Assembly: GCF_030684315.1 (NCBI RefSeq)
Contig: NC_081367.1
Coordinates: 44,303,853 to 44,367,852, forward strand
Direction: 5' to 3'
Length of the DNA stretch: 64,000 nucleotides
Source of the DNA: Stegostoma tigrinum
Lineage: Eukaryota
Shown here: in pieces, positions 12,963 through 26,044 of the stretch
Layout: every line of letters begins with the position of its first letter
Position numbering within the stretch: position 1 is the first letter of the stretch
Notes under the pieces: model-generated
Seen by the model: only the letters and a program-made list of their open reading frames with translations
What the model was told of the DNA's origin: nothing
Databases searched by the model: none
Made by a program: the position numbers and the translations under genes

Positions 12963-13774
12963 GTGTGCCCTTCTCTGACATGTCCAGGTCAAATGTCAAG
13001 ACCACCACACAACAGCTCCAGACTAACGGACACAAGGATTCTGGGGTATCCTGGCAGTGATGCATTCTTCTGGGTATGGTGAGTGGTGGAGTCAAGCTAG
13101 TGTAAAAAGTATAGTAAAGATATAGTCATATTTCCATAACTACTTTTAGTTAGATAATGAAAGTAGTTATTTCTTTTCCATGAAGGAGCAAGGTGGTTTT
13201 AAAAACGGTTGAATTATAGAAGGCTTCAAAATGTTGGAAACAGCATCAGATAAAACGTCAAAAAGTAACAAATGCAAATGTGAGTATGCATGTTCCCACA
13301 CTGCACTTGTCTGCAAAATTGTCACGTTGGAGCATTAGGCCTACTCGGGCTTGTTGTATACCCTATAAACTGACACTACCAGGTAGTCTTTCTGGTCTTG
13401 TGCATTTGCTTACTATTATACAATTAGAAAAGAAAGAAAGTGGAAAGCAATAGCATAACCTTTAGTTTGTAAATAATATAGATTCATCAATATGTGATCT
13501 ATTTTAATAATTTTCAAACTAAAACTACTTTTAAAAAAAATCATCTAAAGCTCCGTTTCATGAAAGTTATCTTTCCAGAGGTCTGATTTTAAAGTCCCAC
13601 CACACACTATTTACTTCATGTTGAGCGTACTGCTCATCCCTCACTGAACGTCTTCCCCAAGTTCAAATAGAACCTTGAGATTCATTGAAAACAACTAATC
13701 AATGTCATGACACTGTTCTTTGGAAAGGTGAGCTTAAATTCAATATCACAAGTTAATGAGAATATAGGAACCAC

Positions 13775-14540
13775 TGACCAGAGAAGTGGCAGGTGTTGTT
13801 TAGTTTAGATAAATGCAAGGTAAGGCAAACCAGGGCAGGACTGATACAGTTAGTGGTAGGGCCTTGGAGAATGTTGTTGAACAGAGGCGCCTAGGTACAT
13901 GGGTGCATAGTTCTTTGAAAGTGGAATCATAGTTAGACAGGGTGGTGAAGAAGGCAGTTGGCACACTTGTCTTCATTGGTCAGAACATGTTGGTATGTTA
14001 CGCTGCAGCAACAAAAGACATTGGTAAGGCCAATATCAGAATATTGTTTACAGTTCTGTTGCACTGCTACAGGATGGATGTTATTCAACTTGAAAGAGTT
14101 CAGAAAATGTTTACAGGGATGTTGCTGGGACTGGAGGGTTTGAATTCTAAGGAGAAAATGGAGGGGCTGGGACTTTGTTCCCCAGGAATGTCGGAGGCTG
14201 AAAGGTGACGGTTACAGAAGTTTTTAAAGTCATGAAGGGCATGGATAGGGTGAATAGCCAAAATCTTTTTTCCGAGGATGGTGGAGTCCAAACTAGAGGG
14301 TGTGGCTTTAAGGTGAGAGGGGAAAGATTTAAAAGGGACCTAAGCGGCAACTTTACAGAGGGTGGTGCAGTACAGAATGAGCTGCCAGAGGAGAGGCAGA
14401 CACCTGTCCAAATGTCTTTTAAATGTTGTAATTGTATGTGAATAGGAAAGATTTAGAGGGGTATAGGCCAAATGGGAGTACTCAGTTTTGGATACCTGGT
14501 TGGCATGGACAAGTTGTTTCCGGGCTGTATAACTATATAA
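13775..14540 (+). mobile_element. CR1 (HER1-like) 3' fragment ending about 165 bp upstream of a CLCN2 exon
   Basis: Fragments LERVQKMFTGMLLGLEGL and EVFKVMKGMDRVNSQNLF..TRGCGFKVRGERFKRDL. Confidence 0.88.
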
Positions 14541-14704
14541 TTTCTTTATGCATTCTCTAAAAGGTAACAAAACAGCCTTTTCCATGTGTTTAATCATATT
14601 GTGTATTTCAGTATATTAAGCAAGTAGTGTGATCAGATTTAAAGATGCTTACACACAGCCCCCAGGAATTTACTTTAACATTGTATAATTGCTTGTTTCC
14701 ACAG

Positions 14705-14833
14705 CTCAGAAATGGATGTATGGTGGCCTAGAGCACAATGTTTTTCTGCAGTACTTGGCCTGGGTCACTTACCCTGTTGTTCTTATAACATTCTCAGCAG
14801 GATTTGTCCAGATCATTGCTCCTCAGGCTGTAG
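14705..14833 (+). CDS. CLCN2: ClC-2 chloride channel, internal coding exon (129 nt; equivalent to mammalian exon 4)
   Basis: Acceptor ttgtttccacag, donor G|gtatgt, phase 1/1. Translates (A)[42 protein letters not shown](G), matching the ClC-2 segment [20 protein letters not shown]. Missed by the ORF track. Confidence 0.96.
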
Positions 14834-15899
14834 GTATGTGCCACTTTTTATAATATTCATTATCTAAAACATGTTCATGATTGTGCACCAATCTAGCTTA
14901 GTATTAACCAGTTCTTTATTGTGATTTTCCTATAAATAATTTGAAATTATTTTGCATTGCACTAAATGTCTAATGTTAGATGTGATTCCATAACTGAGCA
15001 GCAATTGCTGAATAATCCTGAATGTGGTGATAGCTGGAGTAACCAACTTAGTATAATCGAGCTCTTTAACATGGCTTATTCACTCATGCTAGAAGCGAAA
15101 ATCATTTATATGCAAAGATTTGGTTACTACAAACAAATGGAATATTCTCAAGCCTCCCTTTTTTGCATTGCCCAGAAGCATGGGAAGATTATAGTTCCCC
15201 TTCCATTCTCCGAGTAAGATCTTGGCGATCACCAGAGGTGACTTGCCAACCAATACACACCACTTTTCTACTGCAGTATAAATTGTTGTGATAATTTGGC
15301 ATGTGGCATTCCATCAGTTGTCCTTGAAAAAAAGCTTTAAGAGCAACTTCAGTTTTCAGCACTATTCAAAATAGTTTGTACCTTCTTTGTTAATCAACAC
15401 AACCTTGTTACCCTCCGAGGCGGATTTCAGTTAGTTAGCATTTTCTTTTAAGATCTGAACTGCAAATGTAAATGGAGCAGTTTCTTGCCAAGTTATTAAT
15501 ACAGTATTTTGTACATTGTCTTAAAATAATTTCTAACACTGCAACAAGTTTCAAAACAGCTTTAATCTCATGTAGCATTGAGACATTGCTGAAATTGGGA
15601 AATTGCTGAATTCATCAAGCAACGTTATCCCATATAGATGATGCTAGTGAAGCCAATTTGGCTATTGTTTCAACCCATCTCGAACAAAACTAAGTTTTAT
15701 GTTATTCCTGGATTACCTTTGTTCACGATTCCATTAGTAGTGAGTGGTAACTCACTTGTCTAACTATGTATGTGCATTTCTTTTCAGGGCAACTGCTTTT
15801 TTCTTGTTGTAATTATACTGACATTTTCAGTTTGTTACAAAATAATATACAAAAGAAATCTTATTCTGTGGATAATTTAATTTGAAAACTGGTTGTAAT

Positions 15900-16329
15900 A
15901 AAGAAAGACTTTATTTTACAGCACATTTCAAGACCACCAGATGTCTCAAAGTACTTTGCAGCCAACTTGGTAGTTTTGAAACTGTTACTATTTAATACAG
16001 GAAAAGTGGCAAATAACAAGTGCAGAACAAACTCACAATTAGCAATGCGATAATGACTGGGTGATCTGGTTTTGTGATGTTGACTGAGGAATTAAACATT
16101 GGCCAAGACACTAGGGATAACTCCCTTGCTCTTCTTTTGAAGTAGTGCCATAAGATCCTTTACATTGAACCAAAGAGACAGATGGAGCCTAGGTTTAGCA
16201 GCCTGTCTGAAAAATGGCACCCTCTGTAGCGCACTAGAGTGTCAGCCTTGATTTTTGCATTAAATTCCAAGATTAGGATTTGGACGCAGTACCTTGTGGT
16301 TTAGAAGCGAGAATGGTACCAATTGAGCA
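15900..16329 (-). mobile_element. DeuSINE (SacSINE1/AmnSINE1-like), apparently full length
   Basis: The reverse complement shows a tRNA-like head (near 16260-16329), a Deu-domain-like core (taaaggatcttatggcactacttcaaaagaagagcaagggagttatccctagtgtcttggccaat) and a tail ending agtctttcttt. Confidence 0.75.
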
Positions 16330-17007
16330 TTCATTTGTCATTTTCACTCATTAAGAATTACGTCCATTCTTTTGATTTGATATTGGCCCAGTGATTGCTA
16401 CATTTATAATGGTAAGATAGTTGTTGCTGTTATTATATGGTAGAGCTGACAGAAACTTCTAAAGTACACTTGTGATGCAGTTAAAATATGGAGGTGCAGA
16501 AGTTGCTCTCAGACACCTGCTCCCCAATAAGCTCTGTTGTTAAAGTCATTACAGATAGAACTCATGTGGAGATCATTGCTTTACCTCAAATTTGGACTAA
16601 CTAAGCAGTGTTCTCACAGTGAAGACAAAAGCAAAACTTAGGCCTTATTCAATCAGAAATAACTTCTGTTTTTAATGGCACATTTGCAACAAGTATAGTC
16701 ATCCAACCACTTTGGCCTCAAGTTAGTATTAGAATTGCAAAATCTCCTTTCTTTAGAAAGAAGTTAACTTGCATGTTTTTATTTTTGTTTTTGTGCTTCT
16801 GTCTTAATCCTGATTTCTCTGTCCAACCCTTTACATAGCTTCCTATACATTACTTAAATGCAATTTTATGCTTTTTTAAACTTGTGATTTGCAGTCTTAT
16901 TAAGAACCCTGCAGTTTGATTGACTGATTAGTTTCTGTGCTGACAGATGCCAGTTCCCCTGTAGAGGGGGCGCATTGAATCAGATGCCTGCACAATAGTA
17001 ATTACAA

Positions 17008-17222
17008 CTGAAATAAAAACAGTGTTTGAGAAACTTAGCAGGGTAAAGGCAGCATCTGTGAAGAGAGAAAGAGTGTTAACATTTTGAGTCCAATAAAGTC
17101 ACTAGACACAAAATGTTAACTCTCTTTCTCTCTCCACAGATACTGCCTGACCTGCTGAGTTTCTCAAGCACATTCTGTTTTTATTTTTGATTACCAGCAT
17201 CTGCAATATTTTGCTTTTATTT
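17008..17222 (+). mobile_element. PLE family B-like palindromic mini-element with the hammerhead core deleted at the centre
   Basis: The inverted arms gcagcatctgtgaagagagaaagagtgttaacattttg and caaaatgttaactctctttctctctccacagatactgcc are followed on the right by the tail ccagcatctgcaatattttgctttt. Confidence 0.8.
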
Positions 17223-19049
17223 GATAAATTTCTATTGACAAGCAAGAAAATATTGCTGGGTAACTTCACAGAGTGAATAGCACAACCGATTATTTCTATG
17301 CACTCATGAAAATCTGGACAAGGATAACCAGTTGATTACATTTAAAAATGAAAGCATAAACAAATATCTGTTTGTATAAACTAATCTGCAATCTGTGAAT
17401 AATCTCAATATGACTCTGAACATGATTTTGGTGCTGACACAATTGAAGCAAATTCAGAATTAGTGTTACAAATCATGATTCAACTGGGAACTGCTACTGC
17501 TCCTCTCTCTTTGTACCAGAAAATGTTTGGCACATTGCCTTAAATAAAAATCAATACATAAAACTGAACACACTGTCTTGCCAATCCAAAAGAAAAACAC
17601 CTTGGACGTACAAAAATAAATTGATATTCCAATTGTACCCTGAAACTAAAAGTTGTTTGTTTAGTGTGTATAAATCTTAATAGCATGACCTATCACTATT
17701 CTGCCTCACCAACTTAACCATTTTGTTTTTAGAAAATGATAAATTGATCAATGTTAGCTGACAAGTTTCAGTGCCATGTCTTGTGACAACTTTATAAATA
17801 ATCAACGTGGGAACTTGGATGTTCTGAGTATCTGCTGGCAATCTAGTTAAACTTATTCGGGTGCATTTAATGTCATTCTGATACAGAATTAAATTGCCTT
17901 TACACAAGCTTGTCAGAATCTATTTATGAAGTGGGTCCGTGAGAAGTGGCATGTCAATGGGAACTGGGTTTGCATCATGACTTGTTGACCTCAGCTAATG
18001 CATTGCAGAATACCCCATTAAAAAGGGAGCTATGTCTTCCACAGGAAAAAAAAGTGAAAATTGGAGATAATCAACTCTTTGACTGTCTTTTAGTACTGAT
18101 TTACAGAAAGTACTTTGTAATGAGAATACAGGACAAGTCAGGTGTTTGTTCTGCCTTGATAAACCATAATTATTTGAAAAAATATGATGCATTGAAGTAA
18201 TGGAGGTACAAAAGTGTGGGATTCCAAGGTTGCATTGAAACACCATAAGAATCTTTACTGGGCAGAGTTTAAATAAAATAAACATGAGTGATAATCATGA
18301 AATAGATAAACTGAACAAGTAAGATGTTTCTTGGTGATATGAGCTTCCACCTTAAACTCAATCCAACAGACTTGTTCCAGTTTACTTGATTTATCACAGC
18401 CTTCCGTTCAATAGGCTTTAAATATAGTATATTCTGCATCTGGCAGGTGATCAAGGAGGTGGGCAAATTGAGGCCTTTAAGCTGTTGCTAGTTGACCACT
18501 AATTGCTGGCTGTTCGAGAGGTTCTACCATGGGCCTCCTTGCCCAGTTCATAATTTCTGAGGTGGTGAAAAGCAGGCCCAAAAGCAGTACACTGCTTAGC
18601 AAATCTCACGCTAGCTTCTTGGCTGAACAATTTATCCAAAACATATCTGCTCCAATTTTTACAAAAAACACTGCTATATATTTATGCTTCTCACCAGCTC
18701 AATGTGATAATTGCATCTGGAGATGTTGAACTAATGCAGAGGTTTCTAAGACTATTGTCAAAAAATTAGAGCTTAGTCAACAGAGAGATAAATGTTCCTC
18801 ATTCCACTACAATGCACCATTTGGATCCAAATGTTGATGTTAATAATCACTGAGAGATTACGAGCCTGGTTAATGTATTACTTCCTCCCTCTCCAGAGCA
18901 CCTTGCATTATCACTTTATCACTTTAGATTTCCCTTTGTTTACTTGTTCAATCACCGTAAACCTACAAGTCTTCCGTACTTTGTTCCATGTAGACCATAC
19001 ATCATAAACACAGCACATTGCCCTCCAAGCCACTCACCATTCTCACGTA

Positions 19050-19240
19050 GAACCAAATCACAGTTCCTTCACTGTCACTGTGTCAAAACTCAGAAACTTT
19101 TTTTCCTAACAGCAAGTGTCCTTGTAGCCTAAGGATTGCAGTGGTACAAGAAGACAAGTCACCACCACCTTCTCCAGGGCAATTAGAGGTGAACAATAAA
19201 TGCTGGCCAATAATGGCCACATCCCATTAACAAATGTAAA
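19050..19240 (+). mobile_element. 3' end of a CR1/L2-clade LINE (same family as 51.8-53.3 kb)
   Basis: caccaccaccttctccagggcaattagaggtgaacaataaatgctggcc matches 53210-53255. Confidence 0.65.
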
Positions 19241-22200
19241 GAAGCTAGAAATGACAAACTTTGAAAGAAAATATTATTTTAGAAGGAAATAGTGAATTTT
19301 CATAAAAGGACACAATTTCACTTAGCAAATCTCACACTGTTTTCTTGGCTGAGTAATTTATCTAAAAACATATCTGCTACTTTTTTTTTAAAAGAACACT
19401 GCCATTCGAACAGAATTCAGCATCAAGTTACATTTCAAAGCACAAGTTTGATGCTTTTGTTATCTGTTTGTCCTTATATCCAACTGCAACTGAACTACCA
19501 CACCCACCTTAGACGTTCTAAGCATCCTCCATCAAACTTCTGCAACTCGTGATCTGATCTGTAGTGTGTCTGACAGAATTGTCAAGAATGATGATCCATC
19601 ACTCGTTCCTGACTTATGTTGAAAATGAAGGCAAGACACCAACCATGTTGGCCATTGCACCACTTTTAATTTTTGGTGAATTTTAAACTAAATTGTGTGT
19701 GACTGTATTAAATCCAAAATCCAACTTCAGGTAAGTGAAGACTAAAATTAATGTGATGGTATTATTCCCATTTGAACATCTTCCCTAGATAGTGCTTCTG
19801 CTCTCTGATGGGGGGCACTGGAGAATGAATATAATTGTTTTGTATTTGTTGCTACAAGTTAATGAAGCAGAGCTGTGTGCAAGCACAAAGACATGAATGC
19901 CAATTATGCGTCTGACACACAGCACAAGAATGTTGCAAATTATTATTGGGTATGAATTCGATTTTTTTTTGGAATGTTGCCATTTTTGTTGCATTTTGTT
20001 AGTTCATTAATTGCAAATGCATAGCCATATTGCTTTCTAGCTGCTCTGACAGTGTGTGACTGATGAAGAATGACAGCTCAGGATCTTGCTCAAATAATGT
20101 ATTATTGATCCTATTTGGGAAAGAAATGAAAATTGAATCTTAATAATATAGTTTACGTGACTGATACAGAATGTTTCATCAAACAAGTGGTTAGATTAAC
20201 ATAGGTTCTGTGCAATATTAGCAAAACATGTTGACTAAATTCCAAATCCATTGAATAGTCTCCTGATAATTAGCTGCTGTATAAAATACAGGAAAACACC
20301 ACGCGCAGTTAGGTTTAATTACATAACTGTAAATTGAAAAGGAGAGCCTTAAGTGCTATAATTCTGAATTAAAAAACCAAAGAATCTGTAAATAATCAAC
20401 ATACACTAGGAGTAAAGACAGGTTATGATGTGGGCCCATCAACAGTTGTTAATAAGGGGTGCACGCCTATAATGTCATAACCTATTTTATTTTACTTTTT
20501 ATTGATGTTAATAGACCTAATTATGTGTTGGTTTTTAATTTGTTTTTCTGTGCTCACTTTTGATTAACATTATAATGGCATTTCTTTTGACGTACAGTTA
20601 CAAGAGTATTTTGTGCTGTTTCTTGCAAAGCTGCTCTGCCATCTTTAATATACTGAAAAGGGCTCAGGCATGACAAAGCTTTCTGATTGATTTCACCACA
20701 GGGCTTGGGTAAATTGAAACATTTCTTATTTATACCAAAATACAAAGACAAAGACTGACTAGGAATAGTCAGCATGGCTTTGGCATGAGTGATGGGAACC
20801 TAAGCAGTGGCTCTAAGTTAGCTAGAGTGAGAGCTTAATGAAAAAGAGACTCATGACCATAAATAAAAAGCCAGAAGCAGCTGAGCAGTGTCGCGCTAAG
20901 ATGAGTGGAAATCAAGTAGTGACAGAAAAAGAGAGAATGATTTAATGGCCATTACAGAACGTGGTTGTAATCTAGTCACTGCTGGGAGTTAAATACCCAG
21001 GGGTATCAGACTATTCATAAGTACAGACAGGAAGAAAAGGGAGGTGGTATAGTTCTGATATTTAAGGATGACATCAGGGTGGCAGTGAGAAATGATATAG
21101 GTTCCATGGACAAAACGTTTGAATCAATGTGGGTGGAAATGAGAAATAGTAAAGGGAAAACATCACTAATAGGCATAGTCCATTGGTCACCAAATAATAA
21201 CATCATAGTGGGCAGGCAATAAGCAAGAGAAAAAACTGATGCATGTAAAAATGGCATGGCAATTATCATGGGCGATCTTAATCCACATATTGATTGGTAA
21301 AACCAAGTTGGCCAAGACAGCCTTGAGGAGGAGTTCACTGAATCTGTGACAGTTTCCTCCAAACAGTATGTAATGGGCCCTATAAGGGAGCAAGTTATCC
21401 TAGATCTGATCCTGTGTAATGAGACAGGACTAATTAATGATCTCATAGTTAGGCATCCTCTCAGAAGGAGCGAGCACTCACTGTATGGTTGAATTTAAAA
21501 GATAAAATCCAATACCAGTTTGTTGTGCTTAAACAAAGGGCACTACAGTTGGATAAGGGAAGGAGTTGGTTAAGGTAGACTTGGATCAAAGACCGTAGGG
21601 TGGGACAATTGAAGAACAGTAGAGGACTTTCAAAGCAATTTTTCACAGAGCTCAACAAATGTATATACCAGTGAAAAGGAAGGACTGTAGGAAAAGGGAT
21701 ACTCAGCCATGAATAACTAAGGAAATAGAAGATGATATCAAACTGAAAGCTAGTGCATTCAAAGTGCCAAAGATTAGAGGGAAACTTGAGGATTGGGAAA
21801 TCTTTAAAGGCCAACGAAAAGCCGCAAAAAACGATTTAAAAAAAGGTAAGATAGATTATGAGAGTAAACTAGCTCAGAATATAAAAGCAGACAGCAAAAG
21901 TTTCTACAAATATATGAAACAAAGAAGAGTGGCTAAGGTAAACATTGGTCCTTTAGAGGAAGAGAAGGTGGATTTAATAATAGGAAGTGAGGAAATACTG
22001 AGGCATTAAACAGGTATTTTTCAGTTTTCACGGTGGAAGACACAAATAACATGCCAGTAATTGACAAGGAGGCTATGGCAGGTGAGGATATAGAAGCAAT
22101 CAATATCTAAAGAGGTAGTGCTGGGCAAGCTAATTAGCTTAAAGGTAGACAAGTCCCCTAGCCCTGATGGAATGCATCCCAGGGTATTAAAGGAGACAGT

Positions 22201-23656
22201 GGGGGAATAGCAAGTAGCAATAGCACTTGTTGTAATTTACCAAAATTCAGTGGACTGTGATGAGGTTCCGGCAGAGCAGGAAAACAGCAAAACTGATGCC
22301 ACATTTTTAAAAAGGAGGTAGACAAAAGGCAGATAACTAAAAGCCCATTAGCTTAACTTCTTGTGATAGGGAAAATGCTTGAATCTATTATCAATGAAGA
22401 AATAGCATGCCATCTGGATAGAAATTGTCCCATCGGGCAGATACAGCGTGTGTTCATGAAAGGCACATCATGTTTAAATAATTTACTGGAATTCTTTGAG
22501 GACTTTAAGTGCAGTGGATAATGGGGAACTGGTGAGTGTGGTGTATCTGGAAATCCACATGGCATTCGGCAAAGTGTGGCACGAAAGGTTGCTGTATGAC
22601 ATAAAGGTACACGGCGCTACAAGTAAAGTATTAGTATAAGTAGGGGATTGGTTAACTAACAGAAAGAAAAGAGTGGGGATAAATGGGTGTTTTTCTGAAT
22701 GATGATGAGTGGTCTATGGTGTCCCTCAGGGATCAATGTTGGGACCGCAATTGCTCACAATTTACAGAGAGATGATTTGGAGTTGGGGACCAAAGGTAGT
22801 GTGTCAAAGTTCATAGATGACACTAAGATAAGTGTTGCAGCGAAGTGTGCAGAGGACACTGAAAGTCCGCAAAGGGATATGGATGGGTTAAGTGAGTGGG
22901 CAAGTGTCTGGCAGATGGAGTATGATGTTGGTAAACGTAAGGTCATCCATTTTGGTAGGAATAACAGTCAGATGGACTATTATTTAAATGGTGAAAAAAT
23001 TTGCTGCTGTGCAGAGGGTATCCTTGTGCATGAATCACAAAATGTTGGTTTGCAAGGGCAGCGGTTAATTAAGAAAGAAAATGGAGTATTCCCCTTCATT
23101 GTGAGAGGGATGGAGTTTTAAAATAGCAGGGAGGGTATGCTGCAGCTGTTTAAGGTGCTGGTGAGGTCACAACTGGAGTACTGTGTTCAGTTTTAACATA
23201 GATAATAGAACAGTACAGCATAGGAATGGGCCCTTTGCCCCATGATTTTGTGTCAAATGAAACTAATTGCTTCTGCCTGCCATTGCTCCAAATCCTCCTA
23301 TCCCTTGCATATTCATGGTCTTATCTAAAAGTCCCTTAACTGTCCCTATTGTATCTGCCACCACCACCACTGCTGGCAGTACATTCGAGACTCCTACCAC
23401 TCTTTGTGCAAAAACCTTGCCCCTCACATCTCCTTTGGACTTTATCCCTCTAACTTTCAATGCATGCCCCTAGTATTAGACATATCAATTCTAGGACAAA
23501 GATTCTGACCGTCAAGCCTATCTATGCATCTCATTATTTCATGGACTTCTAAAATGTCTTCACTTAGCCTGCACACCTCAAGAGAAAACAAACTGAGTTT
23601 TCTAGCCTCTCCTTATAGCTCATACCCTCTAATCCAGGCAGCATCCTAGTAAATCT

Positions 23657-23889
23657 AGTATCAGAGATAATGGGAACTGCAGATGCTGGAGATTTACTAG
23701 GATAATAAAATGTGAGGCTGGATGAACACAGCAGGCCAAGCAGCATCTCAGGAGCACAAAAGCTGACGTTTCAGGCCTAGACCCTTCATCAGAGAGCTCT
23801 CTGATGAAGGGTCTAGGCCCGAAACGTCAGCTTTTGTGCTCCTGAGATGCTGCTTGGCCTGCTGTGTTCATCCAGCCTCACATTTTATT
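23657..23889. mobile_element. PLE family A palindromic mini-element, young
   Basis: TSD atcctagtaaatct at 23643-23656 and 23890-23903. The tail is on the left. The palindrome 23689-23904 has 108-bp arms, no spacer, and one mismatch (23773). Confidence 0.95.
23801..23828 (+). ncRNA. Hammerhead-like motif with intact core (mirror copy on the minus strand at 23765-23792)
   Basis: CTGATGA-A-GGGT(CTAG)GCCC-GAAAC-GTC. Confidence 0.7.
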
Positions 23890-24611
23890 ATCCTAGTAAA
23901 TCTCTTTGGCACCCTCTCCAAAGCCTCCACATCCTTCCTGTAATGTGGCAACCAGAACTGAATGCAATAATCTAAACGTGGCCTAACTAAAGCAACATGG
24001 CATCCTGACTCTTATACTGTGTACTCAGTTCCCAACCAGTAAAGGCAAGCATGCCATATGCCTTCTTTGCCACCCTATCTACTTGTGTGGCTGTTTTGGT
24101 TTTGCTGTCTATACTTGATAAAGGATCTTCTGGCTGTGGAGGAGATTCACTAGGTTGATTCCAGAGTGGAGATGATTGGCTTATGAGGAGAGATTGAGTA
24201 TGATCGTTGAAACATTAGAAGAATGAGGGTGGATCTTAGAGAAACTATGAAATTATGAAGGGAATAGGTAGGGTAGAAGCAAGGAGGTTGTTTCCACAGG
24301 TGGGTGAAACTAGAACTATGGGGCATAGTCTCAAAATGATTGGGAGCAGATTTGGGACTGATTTCAGGATTGTGAATTTGTGGAATTCCCCGACTATTGA
24401 AGCAGTTGGGGCTACCTTGTCGAACATTTTTAAAGTAAAATAGATTTTTGAACACTAAAGGAATTAATGGTGATGGTGAGCAGGCGCATAAGTAGAGCTG
24501 AATCCACAAAAAGATCAGCCACAGTCTTATTGAATTGCAGAGCATGCTCAAGAGGCCAGGTAACCCACTCCTGCTCCTATTCCTTACATTCTTATATTTG
24601 TGCGCCGTAAA

Positions 24612-25823
24612 TTGTCTCACAAGTTTGATTTAGTTTTTTCAAGGATGTGACCAAGAAGATAGGTGAGGGCAGAACAATAGACATTGCGTAAATTGACTTT
24701 AGTAAGGCCTTTTGACCGAGATCTACATGGTATACTGGTTAGTAAAGTTAGATCACATGGGATTCAGAAGAGCCTGCCAATTGGATACAAAATTATCTTG
24801 ACAGTAGGATACAGAGGGTTGTGGTGGAGGGTTGGTTTTTGGACTGGAGACCTGTGACCAGTAGTGTTCCGCAGGGATTGGTGTTGGGTCATTGTTGTTT
24901 GTCATTTATATAAACAATATGGATGAGATTATAGGAAGCATGGTTAGTGAGTTTGTGGATGACACCAAAATTGGTAGTATAGTAAACAGTGAAGAAGGTT
25001 ATCTAAGATTACAAAGGGATCTTAATCAATTGAGCCAATGGGCTGAGGAGTAGCAGATGGAATTTAATTTAGATATAGGTCAAGACTTGTTTTGTTAATG
25101 ATATGGCCCTGGGGAGTGTTGTAGAACGGAGAGACCTACAGTTTCAGGTGCATAGTTCATTAAAAGTTGCGTCACGGGTAGACAGAGTGGTAAAGAAAGT
25201 TTTTGGCATGCTTGCCTTCATTGTTCAGACCATTCAGTATAAGAGTTGGGATTCATCTTATGATTGTACAGGATGTTGGCAAGGCCACTTTTGGAGTACC
25301 ATGTATAGTTCTGGTTGCCGCACTATAGAAAGGATGTTATAAACTGGAGATGGTTCAGAAAAAGTTTACAAGGATGTTGCCAAGACTGGAGGGCTTGAGT
25401 TATGAGGAGGTGTTGAATAAGCTGGGACTTTTTTTCACTGGAATGTAGGAGGTTGAGGAGTGACCTTAGAGGTTTATAAAATCATTAAGGGCATAGATAA
25501 GGTGAGTAGCAAAAGTCTTTTCTCTCGGGTAGGCAAATTCAAAACTAGGAAGCATATTTTTAATGTAAGAGGAAAAGTGTTTAAAAGGTGCCTGAGGGGC
25601 AACTTTTTCATACAGAGGGTGATCTGTCTGTGGAATGAACTGCCAAAGTGGTAGATGCAGGAACAGTAATAACAATTAAAAGGCATTTGGACAGGTACAT
25701 CAATAGGAAAGATTTAGAAGGATATAGGCCTAATGCAGGTAAAAGGGACTAGTTTTGTTTGGGAAACTTGGACAATTTGGATTGAAGTGTCCGTTTCCAT
25801 GTTGTATGACTTGATGACTATGA
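24612..25823 (+). mobile_element. CR1 (HER1-like) RT 3' half
   Basis: gactttagtaaggcctttt (DFSKAF), tttgtggatgacaccaaaattgg (FVDDTKI), EVYKIIKGIDKV, and the tail tgttgtatgacttgatgactatga. Confidence 0.9.
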
Positions 25824-26044
25824 AATTTGGGACTCAAAAATCATGAGACGGGGTATTCTGTACAGTGTTACCTTCGCAATCCAATATTAGTAAGCTGAAA
25901 TGGCCTGCAGGAAGTTGTTCATTCTGAATACACCACCACTTACACCAGCTTAAAACCCAAGTTTGCTAAATGAAGTTTTTTTTTCCTGAGTTGGTAAACT
26001 GCACTTCATATTGACCAATGGTTAACTTCTTATTATCCAGATGT

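Larger units (their letters stand above)
23195..24093 (-). mobile_element. CR1 3' fragment nested in opposite orientation inside the CR1 above; itself interrupted by a PLE palindrome
   Basis: Minus-strand fragments RFTRMLPGLEGMSYKERL and KVRGIKSKGDVRGKVFAQRVVGV; 3' tail at about 23195-23225. Confidence 0.88.
20950..24597 (+). mobile_element. CR1 LINE ORF2 remnant (APE endonuclease + RT), interrupted at about 23195-24095
   Basis: Decayed ITETW/KGGG EN motifs near 20950-21050, SKFIDDTKI and WQMEYDVGK (ORF 22699), and RTMGHSLK..RIVNLWNSP (ORF 24255). Confidence 0.88.

Noticed and set aside
20360-20550. Possible very old hairpin element with a decayed hammerhead (taataaggggtgcacgcctataatgtc)
   Set aside because: Too degenerate to support by eye; it would need a profile search with the PLE pLTR consensus.
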